A DNA stretch of 64,000 bases from Nitrospiraceae bacterium (lineage in GTDB: Bacteria; Nitrospirota; Nitrospiria; Nitrospirales; Nitrospiraceae): positions 1-64,000 of the forward strand of contig JBFWWG010000009.1 in the NCBI GenBank assembly GCA_050246315.1, in the 5' to 3' direction. The position numbers and the translations under genes are program-made. The notes under the pieces were generated by a model that ran no database searches, had not been told where the DNA came from, and saw nothing but the letters and a program-made list of their open reading frames with translations. Of this stretch, positions 36,570 to 48,512 are shown one piece after another; the first letter of the stretch is position 1; each line of letters opens with the position of its first letter.

Positions 36570-38003
36570 CTAGGCGGCGCTGGCCCGCCGCTTTCCCCGC
36601 CTGGATGCCTGGCCTCGTTCGTCCGCCATGGTCACGAAAAGTATCGCTAGGTTCTGTGCGATGCTGACTCGGATGAGTGTCAAACAGAGGATCGCGCCGT
36701 AGATGACGCAAAAGAAGTTGAACGCCACAGTCGAATATTCGGCCAGGATCAGCGGCATGAACAGCACGAAGATCGAGCTGGCGATCAGGAGGCCGAACAA
36801 CAAGCGTTGGCAGAAATGAAACGCCGGCTGTTCATGGATCGGCGACAGGTCGGCCCGGTACCGGGCGGCGCGGGTTTCCCTCGCCGCCCGGATCGATTCG
36901 TCCGCAGGACCCTTCGCGCGGGTATAGAGGTAGCCGGCCAGCATGACCGCCCAGGGAGCCGACCATAGGGGCCAGTACTCGCGCCCCAGATAGGTCTCGG
37001 AGGAAACCAGCACGGCAAAGGACGGTGCATAGAAGAGCGCCAGCACCAACGGCGCCACGCGATTGTCCTTCGGCGGTCCCTCTTCGTCCTGCCCGAGAAC
37101 CAGTTCCTGTTCGAACAGGGGGTAGCCCCGCTTGACGAGAACTAAGGCGACGGCGGCGCTGACCACCTTGTCGGGAATGTAGAGCAGACAGGTCTGGAGC
37201 CAAGCGAGCACCCCTTCGCCCCAGCGCAGATCCCCCGCGCTTTCGACCAGCGAGTCGAACCGATTCGCGAGGGCGTCTCCCCAGAGGGCCACGCCTTCCT
37301 GAAGCGTGCTGAGCAACATGGCGTTGAGCGTCACGCCGGAGGACTGATCGACCACGGACTGGACGATGGCACCGGGGACGCTCATCACGCAGGCCCCCAA
37401 GACGCCGAACGTCAACAGGAATTGCAGATGGGACAGGACCGACGCATGACCGGTCCGCAGGTACGTCCGGAACTGGTCGGTGCGGGCCAAGGATCCCCAC
37501 ACGAAGGCGCCGGTCATGTTTACCAGCGACCAGGGAAAAATCAGAAGATCGGGATCGTCGTGAGGATACAGCAGCCAGTTGACCAGCGAGTTGGTGAGCA
37601 ACGCCACTCCGGCGCCCCACCAGGGACCAAGCAGGATGGCCGCGAACGCGGTGCCCACCATGTCGAAGAACAGGATGCTTTCCAGTCTCAAGCTGAGAAG
37701 CATCCCCACATAGTTCAAGAGAATCCCCGCGCCGAAGATGAACGCCAATTCTGACGGCACGAGATAGACGGGGGCCGGTCCCAACCAGGTAGGCCACCGG
37801 ATCGTCCAGAACCGGTCGGTGGGGTCCTCCTCCTCCGGTGTGATGGAAGACCGAGGGTCTGCTTTGTCGCCGGCTCGTTCGGCGGCCCTGGCTTTGGCTG
37901 CGGCAGCTCGCTCGGTCCAGCCGATCACTCGCTCGATGATGGTCAGTACCGCGGCGATGAGCCCTGCGAGGGCTCCAGCCATGGCGATCGTTTCTCGTTC
38001 CAT
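36570..38003 (-). CDS. Polytopic membrane protein containing an ECF S-component-like region
   Basis: LFFDMVGTAFAAILLGPWWGAGVALLTN and IPDKVVS motifs; many TM segments. Confidence 0.65.
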   Translation of the reverse strand: MERETIAMAGALAGLIAAVLTIIERVIGWTERAAAAKARAAERAGDKADPRSSITPEEEDPTDRFWTIRWPTWLGPAPVYLVPSELAFIFGAGILLNYVGMLLSLRLESILFFDMVGTAFAAILLGPWWGAGVALLTNSLVNWLLYPHDDPDLLIFPWSLVNMTGAFVWGSLARTDQFRTYLRTGHASVLSHLQFLLTFGVLGACVMSVPGAIVQSVVDQSSGVTLNAMLLSTLQEGVALWGDALANRFDSLVESAGDLRWGEGVLAWLQTCLLYIPDKVVSAAVALVLVKRGYPLFEQELVLGQDEEGPPKDNRVAPLVLALFYAPSFAVLVSSETYLGREYWPLWSAPWAVMLAGYLYTRAKGPADESIRAARETRAARYRADLSPIHEQPAFHFCQRLLFGLLIASSIFVLFMPLILAEYSTVAFNFFCVIYGAILCLTLIRVSIAQNLAILFVTMADERGQASRRGKRRASAA

Positions 38004-38136
38004 GTTGGGTCAGAGGTTCCAGCGACGAGGCTGTCTGGAAAGGCGGAGCCATTCTATCGTGGGATCGAAAGCCCGCCTAGGGAATCGCCAAAACCTGCGC
38101 AGCCGTTCGCCGCACGAAAAGGACGCCCTGAGGAAA

Positions 38137-39612
38137 CTAAGGAAGCGGGAGCAAGGAAGAGGTCGTGAGGGAGATCAAGGGACCGGGGAACAGGCCGAAG
38201 ACAATGACCCCGACGATCGCGCTGACCAAGACGATGGTGAGCGCCGGGGACGGTGCCAGCATGGAAACAGCCGCAATCTGTGGGTCCGATTCGCGCATGT
38301 ACATCACCATGACGACCCGGAGGTAATAATAGGCCGAGATGGCCGCAAAGATCACAGCGGCCACCGCAAGCCACGTCAGTCCGCTATGGACTGCCGCCAT
38401 GAAGAGATAGAATTTGCCGATGAACCCGGCAGTGGGCGGAATTCCGGCGAGGGAGATCATGAACACCAACATGAGCAATGCCGCCGCCGGTTGGCGTTTG
38501 GCCAATCCGGTGAAAGATTCGATCTCCTCGCTTTCCAGTCCATTCCTGCGGAGCAGCGCGACGACCGCAAACGCGCCGATCGTCATGAAGGCATACACCG
38601 CCATATAGAACATCACGCTGGAAAGCCCCTGCGCAGCCTCGGAAGCCCGGCTGGAGCCGGCCGCCACCACGCCGATCAAGGCATAGCCCGCATGGGCGAT
38701 GCTGGAATAGGCCAGCATACGCTTCATGTTCGTTTGAACGATCGCGACCAGATTGCCGATCAGCAGAGTGGCGAGGCAAACCGCGATCAGGAGGCCCGAC
38801 CAGTCGCCCTTGAGGCCTTGAAGTCCTTCCAGAAAAACGCGCAAGAACGCCGCGAAGCTCGCCGCCTTGGAGGCCACCGCCATAAAGGCCGTGACGCTCG
38901 TCGGCGAACCTTCATACACATCGGGCGTCCACATGTGGAACGGCACGACGGCGAGCTTGAAACCGAATCCGACAACGAGGAGCACCATTGCGAACAACGA
39001 CATGGGATTGTCGAGCCCGGTTTGGCCGATCCCGGAGGCGATCGCGTTCAACTTGGTGCTGCCGGTCACGCCGAAGAGCAGAGAGATGCCATAGAGAAGA
39101 ATGCCGGACGAGAAGGCGCCCAGGACAAAATATTTCGCGGCGGCCTCGAGCGAGCGGGTTTCGTATCGCTTGATTCCGGCCAGAATGTACAGGGAGAGCG
39201 ACATCAGTTCCGTGCCCAGATAAATGGTCAGGAGGTCGTTGGCCGAGACCATGACCATCATGCCGAACAGCGAGAGCAAGAGAAAGCCGTAGTATTCGCC
39301 CAGGACCAGACGCTCCTCCTTCATATAAGCGAGGGAGAGCAGGATCGTCAGGCCTGTGACCACATAGAGCAACAGCTTCCAAAACCCTCCATAGGCGTCG
39401 ATGATGACCAGGTCGCTGAACAGGAGTGTTCGTCCTTCCAGGTGGGCCGCCGTGATGCCGCAGCAGATGGCGAGGGCCGCGAGGCTCAGCCAGGCCAAGG
39501 TGTCTTTGCGCGCAGGGGCGGTGATCGGGTCCAGCACTAAAACCAGACAGGCTGCTGCCACGACGATCAATTCAGGAAGCACGCCGAGCAGATCTGCCAT
39601 CGACGGCATCAT
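38137..39612 (-). CDS. nuoN: NADH-quinone oxidoreductase subunit N
   Basis: EAAAKYFVLG, FKLAVVPFHMWTPDVYEG, KRMLAYSSIAHAGY. Confidence 0.96.
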   Translation of the reverse strand: MMPSMADLLGVLPELIVVAAACLVLVLDPITAPARKDTLAWLSLAALAICCGITAAHLEGRTLLFSDLVIIDAYGGFWKLLLYVVTGLTILLSLAYMKEERLVLGEYYGFLLLSLFGMMVMVSANDLLTIYLGTELMSLSLYILAGIKRYETRSLEAAAKYFVLGAFSSGILLYGISLLFGVTGSTKLNAIASGIGQTGLDNPMSLFAMVLLVVGFGFKLAVVPFHMWTPDVYEGSPTSVTAFMAVASKAASFAAFLRVFLEGLQGLKGDWSGLLIAVCLATLLIGNLVAIVQTNMKRMLAYSSIAHAGYALIGVVAAGSSRASEAAQGLSSVMFYMAVYAFMTIGAFAVVALLRRNGLESEEIESFTGLAKRQPAAALLMLVFMISLAGIPPTAGFIGKFYLFMAAVHSGLTWLAVAAVIFAAISAYYYLRVVMVMYMRESDPQIAAVSMLAPSPALTIVLVSAIVGVIVFGLFPGPLISLTTSSLLPLP

Positions 39613-41192
39613 GGGGTGTCATCCTCTGCCAGGGAAGCAAGTTGCCCGGCCGTCTTATCCTCCGCGCCGTCCAAACCGCGGTCCGAACTGCGTCCCGGCC
39701 GGTCCGCGTGGGCCGGCGGCGCGTCGGTCTCGCCCGAAGTGTCGCCGCCGAATTCCAGGAGATGGTTAACGGAACTGTGCATCGGGCTCAAGAGGACGTT
39801 CGGAAAGAAGCCGAGCCAAAACACGAAGACGATCAACGGCACGAAGGTCGCCATCTCGCGCAGGCTCAGGTCGGACAGGTGGCCGTGTCCCGGAGGGGTT
39901 CCGAATACCACCCGCTGCACCATCCAGAGGAGGTAGGCGGCGGCGAGAATCACTCCGAGTGCGGCGATCGCCGTGATGATCTTGCTGACCAGAAAGGTCC
40001 CGACCAGCACCAGAAACTCGCCCACGAAACTGTTGGTGCCGGGCAATCCCAACGAGGATAGAGCGAAGATCACCAGAAAGGTCGCGTAGCGGGGCATCGG
40101 GCCGGCGAGGCCTGTGTTGTCGGCGATCATCCGGCTGTGTGTCCGTTCGTAGATGGCGCCGACGCAGAGAAAGAGTCCGCCGGTGGTGATGCCGTGATTC
40201 ACCATCTGCATGACGGCTCCTTCGATCCCTTGCTGGGTAAACGTGAAGATGCCCAACGTGACGAAGCCCATATGGCTCACGCTGGAATAGGCGATCAATT
40301 TTTTCAAGTCGGCCTGGGCCAGGGCCATGTAGGCGCCATAGATGATGGCGATCACGGACAGGAGAATCATGGCCGGCGCAAACCGTTCGCTGGCGTCCGG
40401 CAGGATCGGCAGGCTCAACCGCAGGAACCCGTAGGTGCCCATTTTCAGCAGAATGCTGGCCAAAATGACGCTTCCGGCCGTCGGTGCCTCCACGTGCGCG
40501 TCGGGCAACCAGGTGTGGAACGGGAACATTGGCACCTTCACCGCGAAGGCGGCGAAGAAGGCCAAGAACAACCAGGTCTGCATGGTCGGGCTCAGGTGCA
40601 GCCGTGTGAGGGCGAGGATGTCGAAGGTTTGCCCTCCCTGGAAATACAACACCAGAATCGCAATCAGCAGCAGGAAGCTCCCGGCCAGGGTGTAGAGAAA
40701 GAACTTGATCGCCGCGTAGAGTCGGTTCGGTCCTCCCCAGACGCCGATCAGGAGGTACATGGGAATCAGCATGGCCTCCCAAAACACGTAGAAGAGGACG
40801 AAATCCAACGCGAGAAACACGCCAACCGTGGCCGCCTCCATGAGCAGCAGCGTGATCATGAAGCTCTTCAGCCGCGTCTGGATCGCATGCCAAGAAATGA
40901 GCACGCAGAAGGGCATGAGAAATGTCGTCATCAGGACCAACGGAAGACTGATGCCGTCGATGCCAAGCCGGTAGACGATCGGCGGTGACGGGATCCAGAC
41001 CGCTTCCTCGACGAACTGCATGCCGGTTGTCATGTGATCGAAACCGAACCAGACGGGGAGCGAGAACACAAACTCCAAAATCGTCACGACGAGCGCGGTG
41101 ATCCTCAAAGACTGCTCGCGCGAGAAGGCGAGTGCGAGCGCCCCTGCGACGGGGAAAAAAATCAAGAGGGTGAGCCAGGGAATGCTCGTCAT
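39609..41192 (-). CDS. nuoM: NADH-quinone oxidoreductase subunit M
   Basis: FYVFWEAMLIP, VKVPMFPFHTWLPDAHVEAPT, LLKMGTYG. Confidence 0.96.
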   Translation of the reverse strand: MTSIPWLTLLIFFPVAGALALAFSREQSLRITALVVTILEFVFSLPVWFGFDHMTTGMQFVEEAVWIPSPPIVYRLGIDGISLPLVLMTTFLMPFCVLISWHAIQTRLKSFMITLLLMEAATVGVFLALDFVLFYVFWEAMLIPMYLLIGVWGGPNRLYAAIKFFLYTLAGSFLLLIAILVLYFQGGQTFDILALTRLHLSPTMQTWLFLAFFAAFAVKVPMFPFHTWLPDAHVEAPTAGSVILASILLKMGTYGFLRLSLPILPDASERFAPAMILLSVIAIIYGAYMALAQADLKKLIAYSSVSHMGFVTLGIFTFTQQGIEGAVMQMVNHGITTGGLFLCVGAIYERTHSRMIADNTGLAGPMPRYATFLVIFALSSLGLPGTNSFVGEFLVLVGTFLVSKIITAIAALGVILAAAYLLWMVQRVVFGTPPGHGHLSDLSLREMATFVPLIVFVFWLGFFPNVLLSPMHSSVNHLLEFGGDTSGETDAPPAHADRPGRSSDRGLDGAEDKTAGQLASLAEDDTP

Positions 41193-41221
41193 GCTAGCTC
41201 CAACCGGATGCTGAAAGGGTC

Positions 41222-41249
41222 CGCCCGCCGGGCACCCGCCCGGCGGGTG
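41222..41249. repeat. GC-rich hairpin between nuoL and nuoM
   Basis: CGCCCGCCGGGC-accc-GCCCGGCGGGTG, 12-bp stem. Confidence 0.6.
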
Positions 41250-41294
41250 AGAATGGTGACCTTGTGGCGCATCCTCCGATGAACCCTCAACTCC

Positions 41295-43190
41295 TTACCA
41301 CCATAAATACAGGGCGGCGATGATCGCCGTGCCCAACGTCATGCCCAAGGCATAATGCTGCGTTTGCCCGCTTTGAATCAGCCGCAGGACGGCGCTAGCC
41401 GCCCCGATCGTCCGGGCGACGCCGTTAACGGCGCCGTCGATCACCGCCACATCGACCCGGCGCCAGAGGGAATCGGCGGCCTCAAACGTCGGACCGACCA
41501 CGGTCCGGTCGTAAATCTCATCCACAAACCATTTGTTCAACGACAGGCGGTAGAGCGTGCGCCATCGCTGCGCCAGACGATCCGGCAACCCGGGCGCCTG
41601 GACGTAGAGGTAGTAGGCCGCAGCGATTCCGATCAGCCCAAGCAGACTCGCAGTCGCCATGATGCCGACCGCTGCGGGCCCGTGATGGGGTGCTGCGGCT
41701 GTCTGCGCAAAGACCGGCGCCAGAAATTCCGGAATGCCGAGATAGCCGGCAGCGATACTGAGAATTGCCAGGACCACGAGTGGAATCGTCATCGTGCCGT
41801 CCGGTTCATGGACGTGTCCGGCGTGATGCGGATCCACATGACTCGATCCCCAAAATGTCACAAAGACCAGACGGAAACTGTAAAAGGCCGTCATCATTGC
41901 GGTCAGAAGGCCGAGGACGGTCAGGAATTGCCCGAGCGGCCCCGAGGCCCAGGCCCCGACCAACAGCTCATCCTTGCTGAAAAATCCCGCGGTCAGCGGA
42001 AAACCCGCGAGCGCCAGCGAGCCGATCACAAAGGTCCAGTAGGTGACCGGCAGCTTGTCGCGCAGGCCGCCCATGCGTCGCATGTCCTGTTCGTGGTGCA
42101 GGGCGATGATGACGGACCCGCACCCGAGGAACAGCAGCGCCTTGAACGCGCCGTGGGTCAGTAGGTGATAGATGCCCGCGCCGAAGGCGCCGAGTCCGCA
42201 GGCCATGATCATGTAGCCCAGTTGACTCATGGTCGAATAGGCCACGACTCGTTTGATGTCGGTCTGAGTCAGCGCGATCGTGGCCCCCATGACCATCGTG
42301 GCGGCCCCGACAAGCGCGACCACCTCCATCGCGGCGGGCGACAGCACGTACAAAGGGGCGAGCCTGGCCACCATGAATACCCCGGCCGTCACCATCGTGG
42401 CGGCATGGATCAGGGCGGAGATCGGCGTCGGACCCTCCATGGCGTCGGGCAGCCAGACGTGCAGCGGCACCTGAGCGGACTTGCCGATCGCGCCGACGAA
42501 GAGAAGCAGGCAGATCAAGGTCATCACCGAGATGTCCCATGTGCCGCCGAAGGGTCCGAGCAGGTTGATCATCTCCGATGCCTTGCTTCCGGCTTCCATC
42601 AGGACCGGTTGATAAGCCATCGTCCCGAAGGTGTACCAGACGAGCAGAACGCCGAGGATGAACCCGAAGTCTCCGATCCGATTGACGATAAAGGCCTTGG
42701 TAGCCGCCGAGCAGGCGGAAGGCCGTTCGTACCAATGGCCGATGAGCAGATAGGAGCAGAGGCCGACGGCTTCCCAGAAGATGAAGAGTTGCAGAAAATT
42801 GTTCGAGAGGACGAGCATCAGCATCGAGAACGTGAAGAGCGCAATGTACGCGAAGAAGCGCGCATAGCCCTTTTCGCCCTTCATGTAGCCGATCGTATAG
42901 ATGTGCACGAGCGAACTGACGATCGTGACCAGCAGCAACATGGCGACCGTCAATCGGTCGAAGTACAGACCCAATTCCACAGTGAGACTGCCGGAGGTCA
43001 TCCAGTTGTACAGCGGGATCTCGATGTTCCGGCCTCCCGCCACCTCGCCGAGGACGAGAAACGAGAGCAGGCAGGACGTCAGGACCGCCGGCACCGCCAC
43101 CAGGTGCGCCCGGTCCTTGAGCCAATGGCCGAAGAGCCCGACCACGAGGAAGGCCAGAAACGGCAGCAGCGGGATCAGGACCAGATACAC
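41295..43190 (-). CDS. nuoL: NADH-quinone oxidoreductase subunit L
   Basis: GKSAQVPLHVWLPDAMEGPTPISALIHAATMV, HGAFKALLFL. Confidence 0.97.
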   Translation of the reverse strand: MYLVLIPLLPFLAFLVVGLFGHWLKDRAHLVAVPAVLTSCLLSFLVLGEVAGGRNIEIPLYNWMTSGSLTVELGLYFDRLTVAMLLLVTIVSSLVHIYTIGYMKGEKGYARFFAYIALFTFSMLMLVLSNNFLQLFIFWEAVGLCSYLLIGHWYERPSACSAATKAFIVNRIGDFGFILGVLLVWYTFGTMAYQPVLMEAGSKASEMINLLGPFGGTWDISVMTLICLLLFVGAIGKSAQVPLHVWLPDAMEGPTPISALIHAATMVTAGVFMVARLAPLYVLSPAAMEVVALVGAATMVMGATIALTQTDIKRVVAYSTMSQLGYMIMACGLGAFGAGIYHLLTHGAFKALLFLGCGSVIIALHHEQDMRRMGGLRDKLPVTYWTFVIGSLALAGFPLTAGFFSKDELLVGAWASGPLGQFLTVLGLLTAMMTAFYSFRLVFVTFWGSSHVDPHHAGHVHEPDGTMTIPLVVLAILSIAAGYLGIPEFLAPVFAQTAAAPHHGPAAVGIMATASLLGLIGIAAAYYLYVQAPGLPDRLAQRWRTLYRLSLNKWFVDEIYDRTVVGPTFEAADSLWRRVDVAVIDGAVNGVARTIGAASAVLRLIQSGQTQHYALGMTLGTAIIAALYLWW

Positions 43191-43194
43191 GAGG

Positions 43195-43497
43195 TCAGCC
43201 TTTCAAGAGGTTGAATTCATCCACGTTGATCGTGGATTTTGCGCGGTAGAGCGCGATGATGATGGCGAGTCCTACCGCCACTTCCGCGGCCGCGACGGTC
43301 AGCGCGAAGAACACGAACACCTGCCCGGCCATGTTGTGGAGGTAATGGGAGAAGGCCACGAAATTGATATTTGTCGCGTTCAGCATCAGCTCGACCGAGA
43401 GCAAAATGATGATGATATTCCGGCGGATCAGGACACCGACCAGCCCGGTCACGAAGACGATCGCGCTCAGCGCGACATAGTAGGAGAGCGGAATCAT
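43195..43497 (-). CDS. nuoK: NADH-quinone oxidoreductase subunit K
   Basis: RRN...[19 protein letters not shown]. Confidence 0.96.
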   Translation of the reverse strand: MIPLSYYVALSAIVFVTGLVGVLIRRNIIIILLSVELMLNATNINFVAFSHYLHNMAGQVFVFFALTVAAAEVAVGLAIIIALYRAKSTINVDEFNLLKG

Positions 43498-44030
43498 CTC
43501 GGCAGCGACTCCTGCTGAGACCGGTCCGGCGGCGCAACGATCAGATCCCGTTTCGCCAGGATGATGGCGCCGACCATCGCGACCAGCAGCAACAACGAGG
43601 CAATTTCGAACGGATAGAGGTACTGGGTGAACAGCAGTTCTCCCACCGCTTCGGTATTGCCTTCCGTTTGGGACGCCAGGGCGGACGCATCGACGCCGGC
43701 GAAGCGCGGTGCGGCGATGATCAGCAACGCTTCGGTGGCCAGCATCAAGCCAAGAAACGCCGCCAGGGGTCCCTGCGAGTGATATCGCTCCTCCCGTTTC
43801 ACGTTCAAGAGCATGACGACGAAGAGATACAGGACGAGAATGGCCCCTGCGTAGACGATCACCTGCACGGCCGCGAGAAACTCAGCGTGGAGCGTGACAT
43901 AGAGACCGGCGACATGGAAGAACAGGATCAACAGCGACAGCGCGCTATAGACAGGGTTCTTCAGCAGCACGACCAGCACGGACGTCACGACGATGACGCC
44001 CGCGAGATAAAAGAAGACAAACTGGCTCAT
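43494..44030 (-). CDS. nuoJ: NADH-quinone oxidoreductase subunit J
   Basis: [43 protein letters not shown]. Confidence 0.96.
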   Translation of the reverse strand: MSQFVFFYLAGVIVVTSVLVVLLKNPVYSALSLLILFFHVAGLYVTLHAEFLAAVQVIVYAGAILVLYLFVVMLLNVKREERYHSQGPLAAFLGLMLATEALLIIAAPRFAGVDASALASQTEGNTEAVGELLFTQYLYPFEIASLLLLVAMVGAIILAKRDLIVAPPDRSQQESLPR

Positions 44031-44189
44031 TTCGGCACGGTCCTTCCCACGATCATGCCGCTCGTGGCGGCCCTCGACCCCATGTACGCAGGATGCCCCG
44101 GCGACCGGGGCGCGTCCTGCTCGATGCTCTCCGGTCTGACCTCGGTCGCCGTCTGTCTGGAGTCCACGAGGCGAGGAGGCGCGGACGGA

Positions 44190-44765
44190 TCAACTCGGCT
44201 TCTGCGGAAGACCCTTGAACGACACGTTGAAGAACGCCACGTTCCGGTGTTGCAGCTCCAACCGCTTCTCGCGGACCGGGAACGAACGGTCGCCGATTGC
44301 GAGGAGCTGTTGCTTGTTCAACTGCAAATCGCGCTTGTCGTAGACGGCCCATTCGAACTCGCGGGTCATCCCCAGGGCGTCCACCGGACAAGCGTCTACG
44401 CAGAGGCCGCAAAAAAGGCAGCGCGTCATGTCCATGTAATATTCTTTCGAATACCGTTTGGTCGGCTCCCCGGGCACTTCCGCGCTGACCACTCGGATCA
44501 CCCGAGACGGGCAGGCGGCCTCGCACAGGTCGCAGCCCACGCATTTTTCCGTGCCGTCGTCGTACCGCAGCAGCGCCAACATGCCTCGGTAGCTGTCCGG
44601 CAGCGTCCGCTTTTCGTGCGGATACTGGAGCGTGATCGGGCGATAGCGCAGGAGGTGCGACATCGTCGCCTTCATGCCGACCAGCAGCTCATAGAAGGTG
44701 ATGGTCTTGACCCAACTCTTCAGCCGGTCGAGCGAAGAAGGCGCTGTAGAGCCGGTCGGCTGCAT
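44190..44765 (-). CDS. nuoI: NADH-quinone oxidoreductase subunit I
   Basis: TLQYPHE, two ferredoxin motifs CVGCDLCEAACP and CLFCGLCVDACP; start taken at ATG 44765 with AAGGAG SD. Confidence 0.95.
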   Translation of the reverse strand: MQPTGSTAPSSLDRLKSWVKTITFYELLVGMKATMSHLLRYRPITLQYPHEKRTLPDSYRGMLALLRYDDGTEKCVGCDLCEAACPSRVIRVVSAEVPGEPTKRYSKEYYMDMTRCLFCGLCVDACPVDALGMTREFEWAVYDKRDLQLNKQQLLAIGDRSFPVREKRLELQHRNVAFFNVSFKGLPQKPS

Positions 44766-44773
44766 GGGTCTCC

Positions 44774-45841
44774 TTACGACTTCACACCCGGAAAGAAATA
44801 GGCGGCCAGAGAGGTCACCACGATATTGCCCAGCGCGATTGGCAACATGACCTTCCAGCCGAAGCGCATGAGCTGGTCGTACCGGAGCCTCGGCAGCGTC
44901 GCGCGGAGCCAAAAAAACAGAAACAGGAAGAAATAGACCTTCACCGTAAACCAGGCGATGTTTTCGATCCAGCCGATGTTGGCGGGGAGGATCGTGCCGG
45001 GATAGGGCGCGTTCCAACCGCCAAGAAATAGAATGGCCGCAATGCAGGACACCAGAATCATGTTGGCATATTCGGCAAGGAAGTAGAATGCGAACCGCAT
45101 CCCGCTGTATTCGGTGAAGAAGCCCGCCACCAATTCGCTCTCGGCCTCCGGGAGGTCGAAGGGCACCCGGTTGGTCTCGGCGACCGAGGAGATGACGTAG
45201 ACGACAAAGGCGAAGACCTGCGGAAAGGGCGCCGCCAGCACAAACCAGTTCCAGAACCAGCCGCTCTGCGCCTCCGTGATCTTGACCAGGCTGAGCGAGC
45301 CGGCCAGCAAGACGACGCCGACGATCGCCAATCCGACGTTCAGCTCGTAACTGATGATCTGAGCGGCCGATCGCAAGCCTCCCAACAGCGAATATTTGCT
45401 GTTGGAAGCCCAGCCTCCCAGGATGATCCCGTAGGCGCCGATTGAGGCGAAGGCCAGGATGTAGAGAATGCCGATGTTGATGTCGCTGATGACGAACGGC
45501 TTGAACTGATGGCCGAACAATTCCACCGTCTGGGACGGTCCGAAGGGGATCACCGCGAATCCGATCAGCGCGGGCACCAAGGCAAGGATCGGCGCCATGC
45601 TGAACATCAGCTTGTTGGCGCCGGCCGGCACGATGTCTTCCTTGAAGAAAAGCTTCAGGCCGTCTGCGATCGGTTGCAGCACCCCGTAGGGACCGACTTC
45701 CATGGGTCCCATACGATCCTGCATCCACCCAAGCACTTTCCGCTCAGCCAGGGTCAGAAACATCACGGTCAGCAAGACGACTCCCAGCACGACCGCGATT
45801 TGCCCAAGCGCAAACGCGACTTTCACACCAAGTTCGGTCAC
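44774..45841 (-). CDS. nuoH: NADH-quinone oxidoreductase subunit H
   Basis: [42 protein letters not shown]. Confidence 0.97.
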   Translation of the reverse strand: MTELGVKVAFALGQIAVVLGVVLLTVMFLTLAERKVLGWMQDRMGPMEVGPYGVLQPIADGLKLFFKEDIVPAGANKLMFSMAPILALVPALIGFAVIPFGPSQTVELFGHQFKPFVISDINIGILYILAFASIGAYGIILGGWASNSKYSLLGGLRSAAQIISYELNVGLAIVGVVLLAGSLSLVKITEAQSGWFWNWFVLAAPFPQVFAFVVYVISSVAETNRVPFDLPEAESELVAGFFTEYSGMRFAFYFLAEYANMILVSCIAAILFLGGWNAPYPGTILPANIGWIENIAWFTVKVYFFLFLFFWLRATLPRLRYDQLMRFGWKVMLPIALGNIVVTSLAAYFFPGVKS

Positions 45842-45845
45842 GACG

Positions 45846-48512
45846 TTACTCCTTTACGACCTCCACGGTCGCGCAATGGAACGACGGCACCTTTGTGACG
45901 GGATCGAGGGTACAGTCCAACAGTCCGATCATTTCTTGAGCAAAATGATCCGGGAACCAAGCCGTTCCTTGCGGGATACGCTCCGACAGGTGCACGGTGG
46001 TTCTCGCCTCCCCCCGCTCGTTTCGCACGAGTACCCGGTCACCTTCGGCAAGCGATCGACCGACCGCATCGGTCGGATTGAGCGACAGGGCGCCGGCCGG
46101 TTGAACTTGCAGCAGACCTTTGGAACGAGTCGAGAGTTTCCCGGAATGGAACAAGCTTTGTCCCAGCAGCAGCCGTAGATGCGGCTTGGGCGGTGCGGGC
46201 GATACTGCCGGTGTGTAACGGCTTGACAGATTGGACCGGAATCCCTCCTTCAGGTATTGCTCGACGACGCCGGGGACCGGCTTCGGCGGAATCGGAGTCG
46301 GGCCCAGCAGTCCGTGTCCTGGGATCACCGTGCGGAGTTCCTTGGAGATCTCCTGCGCGTCGTCATATTCGAGCGGATAACCCATCAACGTCGCGATGCC
46401 GCACAGGATTTCCCAGTCGGGCCTACTGTCGCCGACAGGGTTGATGGCTCGGCGGACCTTCTGCACATAGCCTTCCGTATTGGTGAACGATCCGTTCTTC
46501 TCGGCATAGGAGCAGGCGGGAAGCACCACATGGGCCAGCTTGGCCGTTTCGGTCAGGAACAGTTCCTGACAAACCAGCAGATCCAGCCCTTCCAGGGCTT
46601 CGCGGACCTTGACGCTTGGGGGGAGCGTGCCGACAGGATTCTCCCCCACGATAAACATCACTTTGACCGCTCCTTGGCGGGCCTGATCGAGCAACTCCAT
46701 CATCGTGAACGCCTGTCCCTGGGTCAGGTCATCCTTCCAATGGTTGGTCACCGAATCGCGGGCGTTGCGATCTTGAACGGGGAGACTGCCGGGCAAGTAG
46801 CCGGCCACGGCGCCCACGTCGATCGCTCCCTGTTCGTTGTTCTCTTCTGCTAGCGGCGCGAGGCCGCACCCTGGCTGGTCATGCCGTCCGAGGAGAATCA
46901 GCAGATCCAGCAAGGCGAGCGAGGCCGTATGGCCGGAAGGAGAACGGAGGAGGGCTTGTCCGACAAGGATCACGGTCCGCTTGCCCCTGGCGAGCGCCGC
47001 CGCCATGTCTTGCATCGCCTTGGCTCCGGTGCCTGAGGCCGTTTCGAGTGCCGGCCACGTCAGGTTCGCCGTCAATTCGGCGATGGCACGCACATAATCG
47101 GGAGCCTTCTGAGCCAGATTTGCATCGACAGCTCCCTGTTCGATGACCGCCTTGATCAGCCCGAGGATCACGGCTTGGAACTGATCCGGACGCGCGGTGA
47201 TATGAAGGTGGGCCAAGTTGGTAATGTTGCTGATCTTCTCGACGGCCGGTTGGACGGGTTCCACGGTCAACAAGGTGGCGCGACGCTTCTTCACCGCCTC
47301 CTTCACGCGCAACCCGGTGACCGGGTTGGTCTCGGTGATGTTCGTGCCGACAAGCAGCAGTATGTCCGCGGCGACCACGTCTTCCATCGCAACCGTCCAC
47401 CGAGTGACGCCGAGCACCAATCTCAGTGCACGAATCGCGTTGATGTAGCCGTACCGGACGCTACTGTCGAGCTTGTTGGTGCCGATGGCCAGACGCATGA
47501 ATTTTTGGAAAAGATAGAGATCTTCGTTGGTGCAGCGCGTGCCGATCAGGCCGGCGAAAGCATCCGCCCCATGCGAGAGCTTGAGTCGGACCGACGTTTC
47601 CGCCACATATCCCAACGCTTCCTCCCAGGTGGCCGGGACCAGCCGCCCCTCCTGCCGGATCAACGGGGTGGTGAGCCGGTCCGGGTGGGTGGTGACATGG
47701 TAGCCGAAGAACCCGCGTGCGCAGAGATCGCCGTTGTTGCGGCCGGCGCCGTAGGCGGAATTCACTTCGATCGGCTCGTTATTTTTGGCTTGGATCGTGA
47801 TTTGGCAGCCATCGCCGCAGAAGGTGCAGATCGTATCGGCTCGCTTCAGCATCCAAGGGCGGTATTCGTACATGGAGAGTCGGCTCGTGATGGCACCGAC
47901 CGGGCAGATCTGGACGCAGCCACCGCAAAATTCGCAATCGAGCTGATGGGAGGTGAAGTGCTTGATTTCCGTCATCGTGCCGCGCCCGCTGGGGGCCAGG
48001 GCCTTCACGTCCATCACCTCATCGCAGTACCGAACACACCGGAGGCACTGAACGCAGCGGTTCATCTGGGTTTCAATGAGCGGGCTGAAATAGTCTTTCT
48101 GGAAGAGACGCTTGACCTCGATGAACCGGCTGGTCGTGGGGGTGTATTCGTGCGAAAAGTCCTGGAGGTCGCACCGACCGCCCTGGTCGCAGACGGGACA
48201 GTCGAGCGGATGGTTCGCGAGGATGAATTCCAACACGGATTTGTGGGCATTGTTGACGACGGTCGTGGCGGTCCGGACCGTCATGCCCTCGGTCACCGGC
48301 GTGCTGCACGAGGTCTGGAGTTTCGGCATTTTCTCGATCTCGACCAGGCACATCCGGCAATTGGCGTCCGGCTTCAGCTTGGGGTGATAGCAAAAATGCG
48401 GAATCATCACCCCGACACGACGCGCGGCTTCGATCACCAAGGTGCCCTTGGGTACCGTGACGGGGATGCCGTCGATCGTCAGGTGAACCAGCTCGGTTGC
48501 CGTATTGGTCAT
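45846..48512 (-). CDS. nuoG: NADH-quinone oxidoreductase subunit G
   Basis: [40 protein letters not shown]; molybdopterin-oxidoreductase-like C-terminus. Confidence 0.95.
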   Translation of the reverse strand: MTNTATELVHLTIDGIPVTVPKGTLVIEAARRVGVMIPHFCYHPKLKPDANCRMCLVEIEKMPKLQTSCSTPVTEGMTVRTATTVVNNAHKSVLEFILANHPLDCPVCDQGGRCDLQDFSHEYTPTTSRFIEVKRLFQKDYFSPLIETQMNRCVQCLRCVRYCDEVMDVKALAPSGRGTMTEIKHFTSHQLDCEFCGGCVQICPVGAITSRLSMYEYRPWMLKRADTICTFCGDGCQITIQAKNNEPIEVNSAYGAGRNNGDLCARGFFGYHVTTHPDRLTTPLIRQEGRLVPATWEEALGYVAETSVRLKLSHGADAFAGLIGTRCTNEDLYLFQKFMRLAIGTNKLDSSVRYGYINAIRALRLVLGVTRWTVAMEDVVAADILLLVGTNITETNPVTGLRVKEAVKKRRATLLTVEPVQPAVEKISNITNLAHLHITARPDQFQAVILGLIKAVIEQGAVDANLAQKAPDYVRAIAELTANLTWPALETASGTGAKAMQDMAAALARGKRTVILVGQALLRSPSGHTASLALLDLLILLGRHDQPGCGLAPLAEENNEQGAIDVGAVAGYLPGSLPVQDRNARDSVTNHWKDDLTQGQAFTMMELLDQARQGAVKVMFIVGENPVGTLPPSVKVREALEGLDLLVCQELFLTETAKLAHVVLPACSYAEKNGSFTNTEGYVQKVRRAINPVGDSRPDWEILCGIATLMGYPLEYDDAQEISKELRTVIPGHGLLGPTPIPPKPVPGVVEQYLKEGFRSNLSSRYTPAVSPAPPKPHLRLLLGQSLFHSGKLSTRSKGLLQVQPAGALSLNPTDAVGRSLAEGDRVLVRNERGEARTTVHLSERIPQGTAWFPDHFAQEMIGLLDCTLDPVTKVPSFHCATVEVVKE

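Noticed and set aside
44031..44189. Stop-free in-frame spacer (53 codons) that would fuse NuoI to NuoJ by TGA readthrough
   Set aside because: The spacer translation is not protein-like, stop-free runs are common at this GC content, and both genes are complete on their own.
44190..45728. 512-aa ORF as an extended NuoI
   Set aside because: The upstream part overlaps nuoH in another frame; the real start is ATG 44765 with an SD.
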